The notes under the pieces were generated by a model. That model was not told the DNA's origin and made no database searches. It worked only from the letters and a program-made list of their open reading frames with translations. The translations under genes and the position numbers were made by a program. From a candidate division FCPU426 bacterium (GTDB taxonomy: Bacteria > Oederibacteriota > Muellerivitia > Muellerivitales > Muellerivitaceae), in contig CAVTWJ010000023.1 in assembly GCA_963738405.1 (NCBI GenBank), forward strand, positions 64,001 to 128,000: a DNA stretch of 64,000 bases, read 5' to 3'. Shown in pieces: positions 34,149-45,351 of this stretch; the first letter of the stretch is position 1; the number at the start of each line of letters is the position of its first letter.

Positions 34149-36806
34149 TTATTCCTGAAGCTTCTTTTTCCATTCCACCAGCAGATTCAGGGCTTCACGA
34201 GGCGTGAGGTCGTCGGGATCAATCGACTTGAGTTCTTCCAAAACCGGATGGGCGCCGCCCTGGCCGAAGAACGAAAGCTGGGCCAGGCTCTTTTCAACGG
34301 ATTCCGGCGCGGGGATTTCCCCGGCAAGAGGCGTTACCTCTGGAACCGTTTCAGACCCAGTCTTGTTGGCCCTAAGACCTGTTCCCGACTCAAGAGATGT
34401 AAGAATCTTCTTGGCCCTTTCCACAACCGGTTTGGGCACCCCGGCCAAACGGGCTACCTGGATGCCGTAACTTTTGTCGGCCCCACCTTCCACGATCTTG
34501 TGAAGAAAAAGCACCTGGTCGTTCCATTCGCGTACGGCGATATTGAAATTTCTGACGCTCGGAAAGGTGGCCGCCAGGCGGGTCAATTCGTGGTAATGGG
34601 TCGCGAAAAGGGTGCGGGCTTTGATTTTATTGGCCAGATGTTCCACCACCGCCCAGGCAATTGAAACCCCATCGTAGGTGGAGGTTCCCCGCCCCACTTC
34701 ATCCAAGATTAGAAGGCTCTTTTGGGTAGCGTGGTTGAGGATATTGGCGGTCTCGACCATCTCTACCATAAAGGTACTTTGGCCCTGGGTTAAGGCGTCG
34801 GAAGCCCCCACCCGTGAAAAGATCCGATCCACCACGCCCAGTTTCATTTCCTTGGCGGGCACGAAAAAACCCACCTGGGCCATGAGGGCTAACAAAGCCA
34901 CCTGGCGGATATAGGTGCTTTTGCCAGCCATGTTGGGGCCGGTGAGAACGATAATTTCCACCCCATCGGCGCCCAGCTTGGTGTCGTTGGGCACGAACTG
35001 GTCGGAAGAAAGCAGGCGGTCTAGAACCGGATGGCGGCCATCGGTAATGATCATTTCCCGGGAATCATCCACCTCAGGGCGCACGAAACGGCCACGGTCG
35101 GCTACGGCGGCCATCCCGGCGAAGACATCCAATTCTGCGAGAATTCGCGCGGAACGCTGGAGGCGGGAAAGTTCTTTGGCCACCTCCGCCCGGATGCCGT
35201 CGAAAAGCTCGTACTCAAGCCGATTGGCCTTGTCCTGGGCGCCTAAGACCTTCCCTTCCATTTCTTTGAGTTCGGGAGTGATAAACCTTTCGGCGTTCAC
35301 TAGGGTTTGCTTGCGGTGGTAATCGGCAGGCACCTTGTCCAGGTTGGCTTTGGAGACTTCAATGTAGTAGCCAAAAACTGAGGTGTAGCGCACCTTCAGG
35401 GAGCCGATGCCCGTTCGGGACTTTTCTTTTTCTTCCAGTTGGGCGATCCAGCTTTTCCCCTCAAGGGAGGCGGCCTTTAACTCATCCAGGCGTTCGTCAT
35501 AGCCCTTGCGGATAAGCCCGCCTTCTTTTAAGGCAAGGGGCGGTTCGGGGTCGATGGCCTTATCCAAAAGGCTATGAACCTCAGTAAGGTTATCCCATCC
35601 GTCCCTGCGTTCTTTGACCCATTGGCTCTTGAAGGCTGAAAGGGTACGGTGAATCTGAGGCAAAAGGGCTAGCGTATTTTTAAGGGCCACCATATCCCTG
35701 GCGTTGGCGGTGCCGCAGCCCACTCGGCCTGAAAGGCGCTCCAGATCCGAAACCTGGCGAAATAGTTCCCGAACCGATTCTCTTTCTTCCAGGTGGGCGA
35801 CAAATTCCTCCACCGCGTCCTGACGGCGCTTGATCTCGGAAACGGTGGTGAGGGGGGTGGTCAACCACTGGCGTAAAAGCCGCCCGCCCATGGAGGTTAC
35901 GGTTTCATCCAACACCGAAAGAAGAGTTCCGTCTTTGCCCCCATCCCTCATGTTGCGGAGAATTTCCAAATTCCTTTGGGTAGTGGCGTCTAAAACCATG
36001 CCCTCGCCCACTTGGAAGGTGGTGAGGGAAACGATGTGGGATAAAACACTGTGGGTTGTTTCTTTCAGGTATTGCAGAAGGGCTCCAGCCGCCCGAACAG
36101 CCTGCTCGTCACCCGAGAGCCCAAAACCATCCAGCGTCTTGACCTGAAAATGTTCCAGCAGGGCCTCTTGTGAACTGGCGGAGGAAAACTTCCAATCCTC
36201 GATGTGGGACAACTTGACAGCCTTCAAACCCTGCAAAAGCTGGCGCCATTCGGGGGCCTCGGGCTGATTTTGGGCGGTGAGTATTTCGGAAGGGTTGAAT
36301 TTGAAAATTTCATTGGCGGCCTTGGCGTAACGGGCGGGCCCGTGCAATTCGCAGGTCTTGAATTCGCCGGTACTCACATCCACCACCGCCACCCCTAGGG
36401 AAAGGGGTGCAAAGGCAAGGGAGACCATGTAATTGTTCGACTTCTCATCCAGCATGGAAGCCGAAAGTACGGTGCCGGGCGTGATAACCCGGGATATTTC
36501 TCTTTTCACCAGCCCCTTGGCCAGGGCCGGGTCCTCGGTTTGCTCGCAGATGGCGATTGAAAAACCCTGTTTAACGAGGCGGGAAATATAGTTTTCGGCG
36601 GCATGGTAGGGGATGCCAGCCATGGGAACCTTTTGGCCCTTGCCCCCTTCTCGGGCTGTGAGGGTTAGGTTCAAGACCCTGGCGGCCGTCTTGGCGTCAT
36701 CGAAAAACATCTCGTAAAAATCGCCCAGACGGAAGAAAAGAACTTCCTCTTTATGGACCCTTTTAATGTCCAGGTACTGCCTCATCATGGGCGTGAGGTC
36801 TTCCAT
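34149..36806 (-). CDS. mutS: DNA mismatch repair protein MutS
   Basis: TPMMRQY, FRLGDFYEMF, TGPNMAGKSTY, STFMVEM, DEVGRGTST, FATHYHEL, SYGIQVA. Confidence 0.99.
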   Translation of the reverse strand: MEDLTPMMRQYLDIKRVHKEEVLFFRLGDFYEMFFDDAKTAARVLNLTLTAREGGKGQKVPMAGIPYHAAENYISRLVKQGFSIAICEQTEDPALAKGLVKREISRVITPGTVLSASMLDEKSNNYMVSLAFAPLSLGVAVVDVSTGEFKTCELHGPARYAKAANEIFKFNPSEILTAQNQPEAPEWRQLLQGLKAVKLSHIEDWKFSSASSQEALLEHFQVKTLDGFGLSGDEQAVRAAGALLQYLKETTHSVLSHIVSLTTFQVGEGMVLDATTQRNLEILRNMRDGGKDGTLLSVLDETVTSMGGRLLRQWLTTPLTTVSEIKRRQDAVEEFVAHLEERESVRELFRQVSDLERLSGRVGCGTANARDMVALKNTLALLPQIHRTLSAFKSQWVKERRDGWDNLTEVHSLLDKAIDPEPPLALKEGGLIRKGYDERLDELKAASLEGKSWIAQLEEKEKSRTGIGSLKVRYTSVFGYYIEVSKANLDKVPADYHRKQTLVNAERFITPELKEMEGKVLGAQDKANRLEYELFDGIRAEVAKELSRLQRSARILAELDVFAGMAAVADRGRFVRPEVDDSREMIITDGRHPVLDRLLSSDQFVPNDTKLGADGVEIIVLTGPNMAGKSTYIRQVALLALMAQVGFFVPAKEMKLGVVDRIFSRVGASDALTQGQSTFMVEMVETANILNHATQKSLLILDEVGRGTSTYDGVSIAWAVVEHLANKIKARTLFATHYHELTRLAATFPSVRNFNIAVREWNDQVLFLHKIVEGGADKSYGIQVARLAGVPKPVVERAKKILTSLESGTGLRANKTGSETVPEVTPLAGEIPAPESVEKSLAQLSFFGQGGAHPVLEELKSIDPDDLTPREALNLLVEWKKKLQE

Positions 36807-36833
36807 GAAACTCCTTAATAAGCGCTTAAAATC

Positions 36834-37032
36834 TCACCACAGAGACACGGATAATTAAAACGAAACAAAATTTCGCCACGGATACATGGGATTCATGGGA
36901 TTTTAAACCCATAAATGTTTTTTATCTTATCTGTGTGCATCCCATACATCTGTGGCCAATGAATGATTTTGCTGTTCGCCGTTTATTATTAACTTTTAAT
37001 ATTTTCTCTGTTCCATTGTGTCGCCGTGATGA
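36834..37032. repeat. Nested imperfect inverted repeats (REP/MITE-like)
   Basis: Inner arms GCCACGGATACATGGGAT / ATCCCATACATCTGTGGC; outer arms TCACCACAGAGACAC / GTGTCGCCGTGATGA. Confidence 0.55.
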
Positions 37033-37042
37033 ATTGATTTAC

Positions 37043-38242
37043 TTAATCTTCGACGATGAAAGTTTTAAGCCGTGTTTTTTTCGCGAGGATTTTGGCGACT
37101 TCCTGGGCCGTTTCATGGTCGGGATAATCACCCACCCGAACCTTATAGAGGGGATAGGCCATATCCTCGGTCTTTACCTTTAAAACCTTGGGCTTGTACC
37201 CAGCCTTCTCCAGCGTCTTAAGCGTAAGGGCCATGAATCTCGTTCTACCGTAAACACCTACTTGGATATGAAAAGGTGTGGCCGCGCTGACCCGCTCATC
37301 CGATTGCGCTTCTTCTTCAGTCGTGAAAATCTCGGTTGGGGTCGGATTTTCGGCAACAGTGGTCGTTTCGGTTGAAGAGGGCGTCTGGATGGAAGAAGCT
37401 TCGGTCACGGCCGTGGGTGCCGGGGCGGCCGCGACAGGGGTCAGGGAAGGATTTTGAAGTTCCAGGGCCGCCATTCTTTGCTGGGCATCCTCCGCCTCAA
37501 GAGCGTGGGGGAATTTGTCGATCAAATTGGCGTAGGCCGCATGGGCCTGAACGCCCTTGCCTTCCAATTCATAAACTCGTCCCAAACGGTAGTAAACCAG
37601 GTTCATTTCAGGGAAGAGCGGGTAGCGGTCCATGACCGTCAGATACTGCTTTTCCGCCTTGGGATAGTCGTTCAATTTGACATAGGTGTTTCCCAGGCCT
37701 AACAGCGACTTGGGGGCCCAGGGGCTGTCGGGAGAATCGGAAGTGACCTTTTCAAACTGCTCCGAGGCTTCCTTGTATTTTTCCAAAGAAAAGAGGGAGC
37801 AGGCGTACCAATAGCGGGCCTCGGGGGCGGAGGAGCTGTCGGGGTGGGTCTTGAGAAATTCCTCGTAGGTTTGGGCGGCATCGCCGTACTTGTCCGCCAG
37901 GTAATAGCGGGCGCCCAGGTCCTTCTGGGCTTCCGCCCCCTCGGGTTTATCCGCGTATTCCTTCGACAACTTGGCGAATTCCTGGGTGGAGGCGGAGAAA
38001 TCCTCCTCCATGCGGGCTAAAAGCAGTTTGGCTTGGGGGATCATTTGATCCAGGGGATGCTCTGCCACGAAATGGGTGAGGGCGTCCCGGGCCTGGTCGT
38101 AGTTTTTCTGGTTGAAGTAGCCTTGGGCTTTGGCGAAGAGCGCCTGGGCGTCATCCCCCAGGGATGGGGAGGGGGTGGGCGTTTGAGCCAAGAGGGAATT
38201 CGCGGCGGCCCAAAAACAAAAAATCAAGGTCATGCTTTTCAA
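37043..38242 (-). CDS. Exported TPR protein with C-terminal SPOR domain
   Basis: Signal peptide, TPR repeats, FHIQVGVY...YKVRVGDY. Confidence 0.85.
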   Translation of the reverse strand: MKSMTLIFCFWAAANSLLAQTPTPSPSLGDDAQALFAKAQGYFNQKNYDQARDALTHFVAEHPLDQMIPQAKLLLARMEEDFSASTQEFAKLSKEYADKPEGAEAQKDLGARYYLADKYGDAAQTYEEFLKTHPDSSSAPEARYWYACSLFSLEKYKEASEQFEKVTSDSPDSPWAPKSLLGLGNTYVKLNDYPKAEKQYLTVMDRYPLFPEMNLVYYRLGRVYELEGKGVQAHAAYANLIDKFPHALEAEDAQQRMAALELQNPSLTPVAAAPAPTAVTEASSIQTPSSTETTTVAENPTPTEIFTTEEEAQSDERVSAATPFHIQVGVYGRTRFMALTLKTLEKAGYKPKVLKVKTEDMAYPLYKVRVGDYPDHETAQEVAKILAKKTRLKTFIVED

Positions 38243-39597
38243 ATCTTTTCCTCCAAAACCAATTGGCCGTAAAGGCTGGCGATTTTACTTTTTTCAACAA
38301 GAACCTTCACCTTATCCCCTGCGCTGAAGCCCTTGGCGGGAAAAACCACCGTTCGGTTCTGGCGGGTCTTGCCGTAAAAGGCATCGGGTGTTTTATCCGC
38401 CTCGCCCTCTACCAAAACCTCCTCGACCTGTCCTATGCGGGCGGCGTGCCTTTCGGCGGCGTGCTTCCAGGCTTTTTCATTAAGGCGGACCAAGCGCTCG
38501 TCTTTTACTTCCTCGGGAACCTGGTTCAACATACGGGCCGCGGGCGTGCCCAGACGGGGGGAATATTTGAAGCTATAGACCAGGTCGTAACGGACCTGGT
38601 CCAAAAGTCTCAGGGTGCCCTGAAAATCCTCTTCCGTCTCGCCTGGGAAACCCACGATCAGGTCGGTCGTGAAGGCAAGGTTTGGGATAGCCTTGCGGAG
38701 GGCTTCTACCCTTTCCAAATAATGGGCCGTGGAATATTTACGGTTCATGCGTTTCAAGACGGCGTCTGATCCGCACTGCACCGGCAGGTGGATCATTTCA
38801 CACACCGCCGGGGTTTCAGCCATGGCTCGCACCAGATCGTCCGAAAGATCCAGGGGATGGGATGTCATGAAGCGGATACGCTCGATCCCCTCAATTTTTC
38901 CCGCCTGGCGCAAAAGATCAGGGAAGGTCATGGGACCATGACCACGAAAGGCCAATCCGTAAGAGTTCACGTTTTGGCCCAACAGCATCACTTCTTTGAC
39001 GCCTGCCTTGGCGAGGCGGGTCACTTCAGCCAGAATCTCTTCGGGAGCGCGGGAAACCTCACGTCCCCTCGTAAAGGGCACAACGCAGAAGGTGCAGAAT
39101 TTGTCGCAACCCTTCATGATTTCCACAAAGGCCTTATGGGGTGAGGAAAGGCGATCAGGGTCGTTTTCGGGAAAATAAACGGGGTCGAAGTCGGCCAACA
39201 CTTGCGGACCCGCCCCCTGGGATGCCCGAGAAATCGCCCCTGCGGCCTTGGGGTATTGGTCCGGCCCCAGAACCAAATCCACCTGGGGGGCCCGGTCGAT
39301 GATCTTTTCCTTGTGGCTGGTGGCCATGCACCCCAGAACCCCTAGCACTCTCCCCTGTTTTTCGTTCTTCCAGTCGGTCAATTCGCCCAGGCGGGAAAAG
39401 ATCTTGTCCTCGGCGTGCTGGCGGATGGAGCAGGTGTTAAAGAGGATGACATCCGCGTCGGCGGAAACACCCGTAATGGAATAGCCTTCCTTAATCAGAA
39501 GGCTGGTGACATGGTCCGATTCCACCACGTTGGACTGGCATCCCAGGGTCTCAAGATAGACTTTTTTTGAGGTTTTTTCCGTCAGAAGGCTTTCCAT
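38239..39597 (-). CDS. miaB: tRNA methylthiotransferase MiaB
   Basis: TLGCQSN, NTCSIRQHAE, GCDKFCTFCVVPFTRGRE, TRAM domain. Confidence 0.96.
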   Translation of the reverse strand: MESLLTEKTSKKVYLETLGCQSNVVESDHVTSLLIKEGYSITGVSADADVILFNTCSIRQHAEDKIFSRLGELTDWKNEKQGRVLGVLGCMATSHKEKIIDRAPQVDLVLGPDQYPKAAGAISRASQGAGPQVLADFDPVYFPENDPDRLSSPHKAFVEIMKGCDKFCTFCVVPFTRGREVSRAPEEILAEVTRLAKAGVKEVMLLGQNVNSYGLAFRGHGPMTFPDLLRQAGKIEGIERIRFMTSHPLDLSDDLVRAMAETPAVCEMIHLPVQCGSDAVLKRMNRKYSTAHYLERVEALRKAIPNLAFTTDLIVGFPGETEEDFQGTLRLLDQVRYDLVYSFKYSPRLGTPAARMLNQVPEEVKDERLVRLNEKAWKHAAERHAARIGQVEEVLVEGEADKTPDAFYGKTRQNRTVVFPAKGFSAGDKVKVLVEKSKIASLYGQLVLEEKI

Positions 39598-39689
39598 GGT
39601 TTCCTTAGGATTTTTTCAGGCCGTTTATCAAAAAGGGGCCTTAAGGGAACCCGATTGTAAAGGCTTTAGGGGGCTGTAGCAACCGGGGG

Positions 39690-39974
39690 TTAATGAACGG
39701 GGTGAAGGTATTGGTAGACCATCCAAAGAACCAGAAAAAGAATCACAACCCGTAAAATCCAGCGGGTCCGGGCCACTCCCGAGGGAACGCCCTTTTGACT
39801 TTTCGGCGGGGTCAAATACTGCTTATATAAATCGCCCCCCGTAAAGGCCTTCCCTTCCTCGTCATAAATCAGGGGCAGGCTGGCCCCACAGGCCCCGCAG
39901 ATGCGGTTTTCAGGGATGTTCATTACCCCGCAACGCAGGCACTTGACGTCGAGATTTTTAAGATGGGGTTCCAT
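39690..39974 (-). CDS. Zinc-ribbon membrane-anchored hypothetical protein
   Basis: CLRC...CGAC and a C-terminal TM helix. Confidence 0.7.
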   Translation of the reverse strand: MEPHLKNLDVKCLRCGVMNIPENRICGACGASLPLIYDEEGKAFTGGDLYKQYLTPPKSQKGVPSGVARTRWILRVVILFLVLWMVYQYLHPVH

Positions 39975-40050
39975 TTTTTCCTAATTCCAGAATACCGGCT
40001 ATCGATTCATTTTTTGTCCACGATGGGTCCCCGTCGTGGACAGGTAATTT

Positions 40051-40806
40051 TTAAGTAGTTTCAATTCTAGTTATATTAACGAAAACCACTTTATCATTTT
40101 TAAAATTCAGAGTTATTGTCGCTGTGATGTCGTAAAACGGCTCTTTTCCGCCTTCCCATTTCTTCAGCGATTGATAGTTTCTTTGACCGGGCAAAACCTT
40201 AACTTGGGAATGGTAATAATATGTCCATTCGTCGTTCCGAAAATCTTTTTTGTCCCATTTTATTTCCTTAATCGCATCTCTTTTTGTGCCCGGTTCCGGG
40301 CTATATAAAAAACCATTTGGGTTACCAAATTTTTTTAAAATCCATTCTTTCGTAACGCCGATTCTTAACCCGCCCGCGGTTGAAATATCTTCATTCTTTT
40401 TATCGATGAGAAAATATTTTCTTGCATTTTCACCCTTGTTATCGAAGGGATACATACGCACAAGAGTAATAATTCGCCCCCCTCCGATTTCGCCCGAAAC
40501 AAATTCGATTGCTTGAGGATTTACCGGGTCATTGTTTCGGTAACAGATTTTATTTTCAAAACCTGACGCATCACCCGATTGAATGTTTTCTGCCTTGCCT
40601 AATCTATTAAGAACATCTAAAAGGCTTGTTTCATTTAAGAAAACATTAATTCCAATGATTATCTTTGTGCCTTTATCCATGTCGGCTTTTGACGTCGAAG
40701 ACGCAAATGCAGCACTAAATACACATAAGCCACAAATAAAAAAAGCGCGTAACGAAAAACTTAATATTTTGTCATTTGGCATCAGTCGTCCCCCTCGCAA
40801 ATACAC
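40051..40806 (-). CDS. AT-rich exported hypothetical protein
   Basis: Signal-like N-terminus; more AT-rich than neighbours; start uncertain. Confidence 0.65.
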   Translation of the reverse strand: MYLRGGRLMPNDKILSFSLRAFFICGLCVFSAAFASSTSKADMDKGTKIIIGINVFLNETSLLDVLNRLGKAENIQSGDASGFENKICYRNNDPVNPQAIEFVSGEIGGGRIITLVRMYPFDNKGENARKYFLIDKKNEDISTAGGLRIGVTKEWILKKFGNPNGFLYSPEPGTKRDAIKEIKWDKKDFRNDEWTYYYHSQVKVLPGQRNYQSLKKWEGGKEPFYDITATITLNFKNDKVVFVNITRIETT

Positions 40807-40892
40807 TTTGAAACATTGTCCAATACGGGTCCCCGCCCTGCAGCATGCGCTTGCGCTTAGCTACAGGGCCCGTCGCGGACAATCTTAACCGC

Positions 40893-41245
40893 TTATTCAC
40901 GTACCCTTACCCGTCCTCTTTCAATAATCCACAACCTTTTATCCACCTGTTCTTTGGACAACAGATCCAATACCGGGCGGAAAAGTTCAACCATGGTGGG
41001 TTTGTCCTGGCGGTCCGAACGGATCACCATGATTCCAGGATATTTTTCCGGTGGGTAAGCCCGGATATCCGAAAAATCAAGGTCTGAGGTAATGAAGGCG
41101 CGGTTTTCGGCTAAGCAAACAACGGCTAAATTCGTATCAGGATGGCCGGTTAAATCTTGGTCTTTGACCGTAAGGGCGTCATGACCGGCTTGGATTAAAA
41201 GGTGTTTGATTTCGGAAGGCAGGTTTTCGTCGATTTTGAACTTCA

Positions 41246-41246
<1 letters not shown>
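40893..41246 (-). CDS. DUF5615 PIN-like toxin
   Basis: MKFKIDENLP, GHDA, ENRAFITSDLDF. Confidence 0.88.
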
Positions 41247-41491
<245 letters not shown>

Positions 41492-41580
41492 TCACAGTTC
41501 ATTATAGCCCATTCCATAAACCATGCTCATTATCGGAATCCAGCTAAAGCAAAACAATGAGACACTACCTAAAAGCGGGC

Positions 41581-42837
41581 CTATTTCATCCCGGCCAGGC
41601 GGGTCAAAACCAGGCCCACCTTTTTGGCTTCTTCGAGCATCTTCTTGTTGGTATAGACGGTTTGTAGCTTTTTATAGGTGTCGATGATTTCCTGTTTCTT
41701 GTTTTGTTTCAAATAAACCTCGGCCTTTTTCTTGAGAGCGTCCACGTTGTCTGGTTCGAGCCCCAAGATATTATCCAGATGACTCATGGCCACGTCGTAT
41801 TTGGCCTCTGCGACGGCATGCTGGGCTAATTGCATGTAGATGGAAAGGGCCTCGGTTCTCTTGCCCGTTTGTAACAAAACCCTTGCCTGACGGGGCAAAA
41901 GTTTATTGTCGTTGGGTCGCTGGGCCATAAGTTTGTTCAAATAATCATAAGCGGCGGGCCAATCTTTGGTTTCTTCTGCTAGGGTTAAGAGTTGTTCCAA
42001 GAGGGCTCCGTCCTCGGGGTTCTTCGCCAAAAGCTCGTCAAACTTGGCCTTGGCTTCTTTAGGCTGTTTGAGGCCTATAAGGATCTTCGCCTGAAGCAGG
42101 GCCAAATCGTTGTTTCCCGCCATGATGGCCGCGTCGGCGGAGGATTTGGCTTCCTCGTAATTCATCAAATCATAAGCCGCCTGGGCCAGTTTGGCGCCGT
42201 AGCGGGAAACGCTGTCCCGGTCCCCTTTTTTCTGGGCCAAGGTGAGAAAAAGCCTCAGGGTTTCAATCCCCTCCGGGTCCATCAGGGAAATTTTGCCCGC
42301 CATTTCCTGGGCCGCTTCCAGACGTCCCTCGGCGAGGTGGATGTCGGCGATGGCTTTAAGCTCCGCTGAAGCCTCCGAAACCCGGGCGTGTTCCAGATAA
42401 AGGTTCGAAAGCTTTTCACGGTAGGAAAAGTTGATGGGCTCGGCGGCGATCAGCTGTTGGTAATGCGCGATAGCGTCTTCCACATTTCCCTCGGAGGCTT
42501 TCTTTTCAGCCTCTTGGGATTTAGAAATGGTGAGAAACTGCTTCTTGAGGGGCGGAGGCATCTTTTCAGGGTTGAGCTTGGAAATCTTGCGTTCGATGGA
42601 GCTTATCTTGTTGGTCTGCCCCTGGCGCTCAAAAAGTTCCTTGGTTTTCAGGTAGGCCTGGAAAGCGTCCGCGTCGTCCTGCTTTTTGGCGTAGGCGTCG
42701 CCCATCATGTTGAAGATATGGGCGTCCTCCGGGTTTTCGGCCAAAAGCTTTTTGTATTCCTCGATGGCCTTGTACCATTCCCCCGATTGGACATAGAGGA
42801 AGGCCATCTTAATCATCATCGCCTTGTCCTCGCCCAT
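41581..42837 (-). CDS. Tetratricopeptide repeat protein
   Basis: Multiple TPR-like helical repeats. Confidence 0.85.
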   Translation of the reverse strand: MGEDKAMMIKMAFLYVQSGEWYKAIEEYKKLLAENPEDAHIFNMMGDAYAKKQDDADAFQAYLKTKELFERQGQTNKISSIERKISKLNPEKMPPPLKKQFLTISKSQEAEKKASEGNVEDAIAHYQQLIAAEPINFSYREKLSNLYLEHARVSEASAELKAIADIHLAEGRLEAAQEMAGKISLMDPEGIETLRLFLTLAQKKGDRDSVSRYGAKLAQAAYDLMNYEEAKSSADAAIMAGNNDLALLQAKILIGLKQPKEAKAKFDELLAKNPEDGALLEQLLTLAEETKDWPAAYDYLNKLMAQRPNDNKLLPRQARVLLQTGKRTEALSIYMQLAQHAVAEAKYDVAMSHLDNILGLEPDNVDALKKKAEVYLKQNKKQEIIDTYKKLQTVYTNKKMLEEAKKVGLVLTRLAGMK

Positions 42838-42869
42838 GTCCCTTCCCTACTTTCGATCGTTAAATGGGG

Positions 42870-44519
42870 CTAAACTTTTTGTTTAAGGCCCGTCACGCTG
42901 TAAGCTAGCACCTTGTCGGTCTTGCCCTTGACTTTAATGGGATCAAGCATGACGGCTTCGATCTTATGCTTCACCTTTTCGTAAGTGGCGGCGGATATCA
43001 AAATCTGCCCCTTTTCCGCAACTGATTCGAGCCGCTGGGTCAGATTGACGTTGTCGCCGATGGCGGTGTATTCCATCCGCTCGTTGGAGCCGATATTGCC
43101 CACGACCACCTCACCGGTGTTGATGCCGATGCCGATGTTGACTTCCTTCTTGCCCTCATCGCGCCACTTGGCCTGGAGCTCTTTCATTTTCTCGCTCATT
43201 TCCACCGCCGCTAAAACCGCCCGTTCGGCGTGGTCGGGGTAATCAATCGGCGCCCCATAGACGGCCATGATGGCGTCGCCCATGAATTTGTCGAGCGTCC
43301 CCTCATATTTAAAGATGATGGATGTCATCGCGGTGAAATATTCGTTAAGAATATGAACCACTTCCTCGGCCGTGAGGGCCTCGGACATGGGGGTGAATCC
43401 CCGGATATCAGAGAAGAAAATGGTGACCACCTTTTTCTCGCCGCCCAGTTTCAACCCGTCCTTATGCTCCAAAATGCGGTCCACCACGCTTTTGGTGACG
43501 TATTTGGAGAAGGCGCCCTTGATGACTTCTTTTTCCCGAAGGGACTTGGCCATGTTGTTGAAGGCGTCGGTCAGGTCGCCCAGTTCATCCGCGCGCTTGA
43601 TGTTGATCTTTTGGTCGAAATCGCCCCCGGCGATGGCCGTGACGCCGTTGACCAGAAGGCCGATGGGCTTGACTAGAAGGGTCACGAAGACCGCCATCCC
43701 GATAATGCCGATCAAGAGGAACACCACCGTCGTTAGGATGATGGCGACCGCCACATAGCGCACCACGAGAATGATGGTATTTTGGTTCATCCCCACATGT
43801 ACTTCCCCGACCTTGTCCTTGTGCCCCTCGGCGGTGTTGAGAATGGGGGTGGCGATGTCGTAATAGGTCTTGCCCCCCTTCTCATAGGCTTGGGTTAAAA
43901 CCGATTCCCCCGCGAGAGATTTAATCCCCGCCGGAAGTTGGAAAACAGCGTGTTCCATAACGTTCTTAATGTCGTTATCCGCCAGGTAGGTTCCGTCTTT
44001 GCCGATGATTTTCACGTATTCCATGTCGCTTTTCTTGACCTCGGCCTCGTCCGGCCAAAAGAACTGGCGCACGATCTCGTTCGCCACGTTGGAATAGGCC
44101 AACAACTGTTCTTGGAATGGGGAAAGGCCGGATGGGACTTGCCTGACCGATTCGGTGGCCTCGGTTTGCATGGCATCTTTGACGGATTGGAGCAAGGTCA
44201 GGCTGACATCCTCGCCCATCCCCGCCCCGGCGGTGGTAACGGCACCGGGACCGCTGGGGTTTTGGGCGGTTACCAACTTGAGGACTTCATCCACGCTGTT
44301 GGAAGCCAAACTGCGGGCCTGGGATTCGCCCCGATCCAAGGCCTGTTGGATCAGGATTTGCCGGGTTTGGTCCAACACCATCCATGTCACCACGCCCATG
44401 AGAGCGCAAATCAGGAAGGTCAAAACCATGATAAATTTGAGGCTGAGAGGAAAAAGATGGTGTTTTCGAACCGGCTTGGCCTTAGGGGAGGCTTCAACCA
44501 GCTGGGATTTCGGGCTCAA
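42870..44519 (-). CDS. Membrane class III adenylate cyclase with HAMP domain
   Basis: Two TMs, HAMP (DELGDLTDAFNNM), FSDIRGFT, DKFMGDAIM, YTAIGDNVN..QRLE. Confidence 0.95.
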   Translation of the reverse strand: MSPKSQLVEASPKAKPVRKHHLFPLSLKFIMVLTFLICALMGVVTWMVLDQTRQILIQQALDRGESQARSLASNSVDEVLKLVTAQNPSGPGAVTTAGAGMGEDVSLTLLQSVKDAMQTEATESVRQVPSGLSPFQEQLLAYSNVANEIVRQFFWPDEAEVKKSDMEYVKIIGKDGTYLADNDIKNVMEHAVFQLPAGIKSLAGESVLTQAYEKGGKTYYDIATPILNTAEGHKDKVGEVHVGMNQNTIILVVRYVAVAIILTTVVFLLIGIIGMAVFVTLLVKPIGLLVNGVTAIAGGDFDQKINIKRADELGDLTDAFNNMAKSLREKEVIKGAFSKYVTKSVVDRILEHKDGLKLGGEKKVVTIFFSDIRGFTPMSEALTAEEVVHILNEYFTAMTSIIFKYEGTLDKFMGDAIMAVYGAPIDYPDHAERAVLAAVEMSEKMKELQAKWRDEGKKEVNIGIGINTGEVVVGNIGSNERMEYTAIGDNVNLTQRLESVAEKGQILISAATYEKVKHKIEAVMLDPIKVKGKTDKVLAYSVTGLKQKV

Positions 44520-44599
44520 GGTAAGGTTCCCCTGACAAAGAATGGGTCTAGCGTTGTTACTATAAGGTAAGACCTTTTAGGGTGTCAAACCACGAAAAG

Positions 44600-45292
44600 T
44601 TACGGGTTTGTTTCACTTGGAGAGGTTTTTTCTGCGGGCGATTCGTCCGAAGAACTAGCCGCAACTTCCGTCTCGCCTTCCTCAAAGGGGGCAAGACCCA
44701 GTTTGGTCTCACGGCGGCGAAGCTCCCCTTCCATTTCTTTGAGGAACTCCGGCGAAGGCCGGTCTCCCGCCAATTCCTGTATCTCCGACACCTTGGGAAG
44801 GTCGGAAAGGTCTTTCAAGCCGAAATGAATCAGGAACTCGTGTGTCGTCCCGTAAAGGAGCGGCCTTCCAGGAGTCTCGGCCCTGCCCAGGATGCGGATC
44901 ATTTTCTTTTCAAGAAGAGACTGGATCAGATTGCTGACCTCTACTCCCCGAATTGCCTCCACCTCGGCCCGGGTCACCGGTTGTTTGTAGGCGATAATTG
45001 ACAGGGCTTCCAGCGCCGCCTTGGTAAGGCGGGTTTTGGATATAACCTTATAAAGTTCCTTCGCGTGTTTGTGGAATTCGCCGCGGGTAACCAACTGGTA
45101 CCCTTGGGCTATGGCCACCACTTGGAAACTGCGGCCCAGACTCTCGATTTCTTCCATCAGGGACAAAAAGGCCTTTTCGACCTCATCTTCCTTGGCGTCC
45201 TTTAAAAACGAGGCCACCTTTTTCGCGGAGAGGGGCGTCTCGCTGACAAAAAGCAGACTTTCGAGAATTTTTTTGAGCTGTTCTATTTCCAT
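44600..45292 (-). CDS. scpB: Segregation and condensation protein B
   Basis: LESLLF, ALEALSIIAYKQPVTRAEVEAIRGV, PGRPLLYGTT. Confidence 0.97.
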   Translation of the reverse strand: MEIEQLKKILESLLFVSETPLSAKKVASFLKDAKEDEVEKAFLSLMEEIESLGRSFQVVAIAQGYQLVTRGEFHKHAKELYKVISKTRLTKAALEALSIIAYKQPVTRAEVEAIRGVEVSNLIQSLLEKKMIRILGRAETPGRPLLYGTTHEFLIHFGLKDLSDLPKVSEIQELAGDRPSPEFLKEMEGELRRRETKLGLAPFEEGETEVAASSSDESPAEKTSPSETNP

Positions 45293-45351
45293 GGAGTCAT
45301 TCGTCCTTATTTCTTTTTTTCACCGCCGGAAAACCGGACGGCATTTTATTT

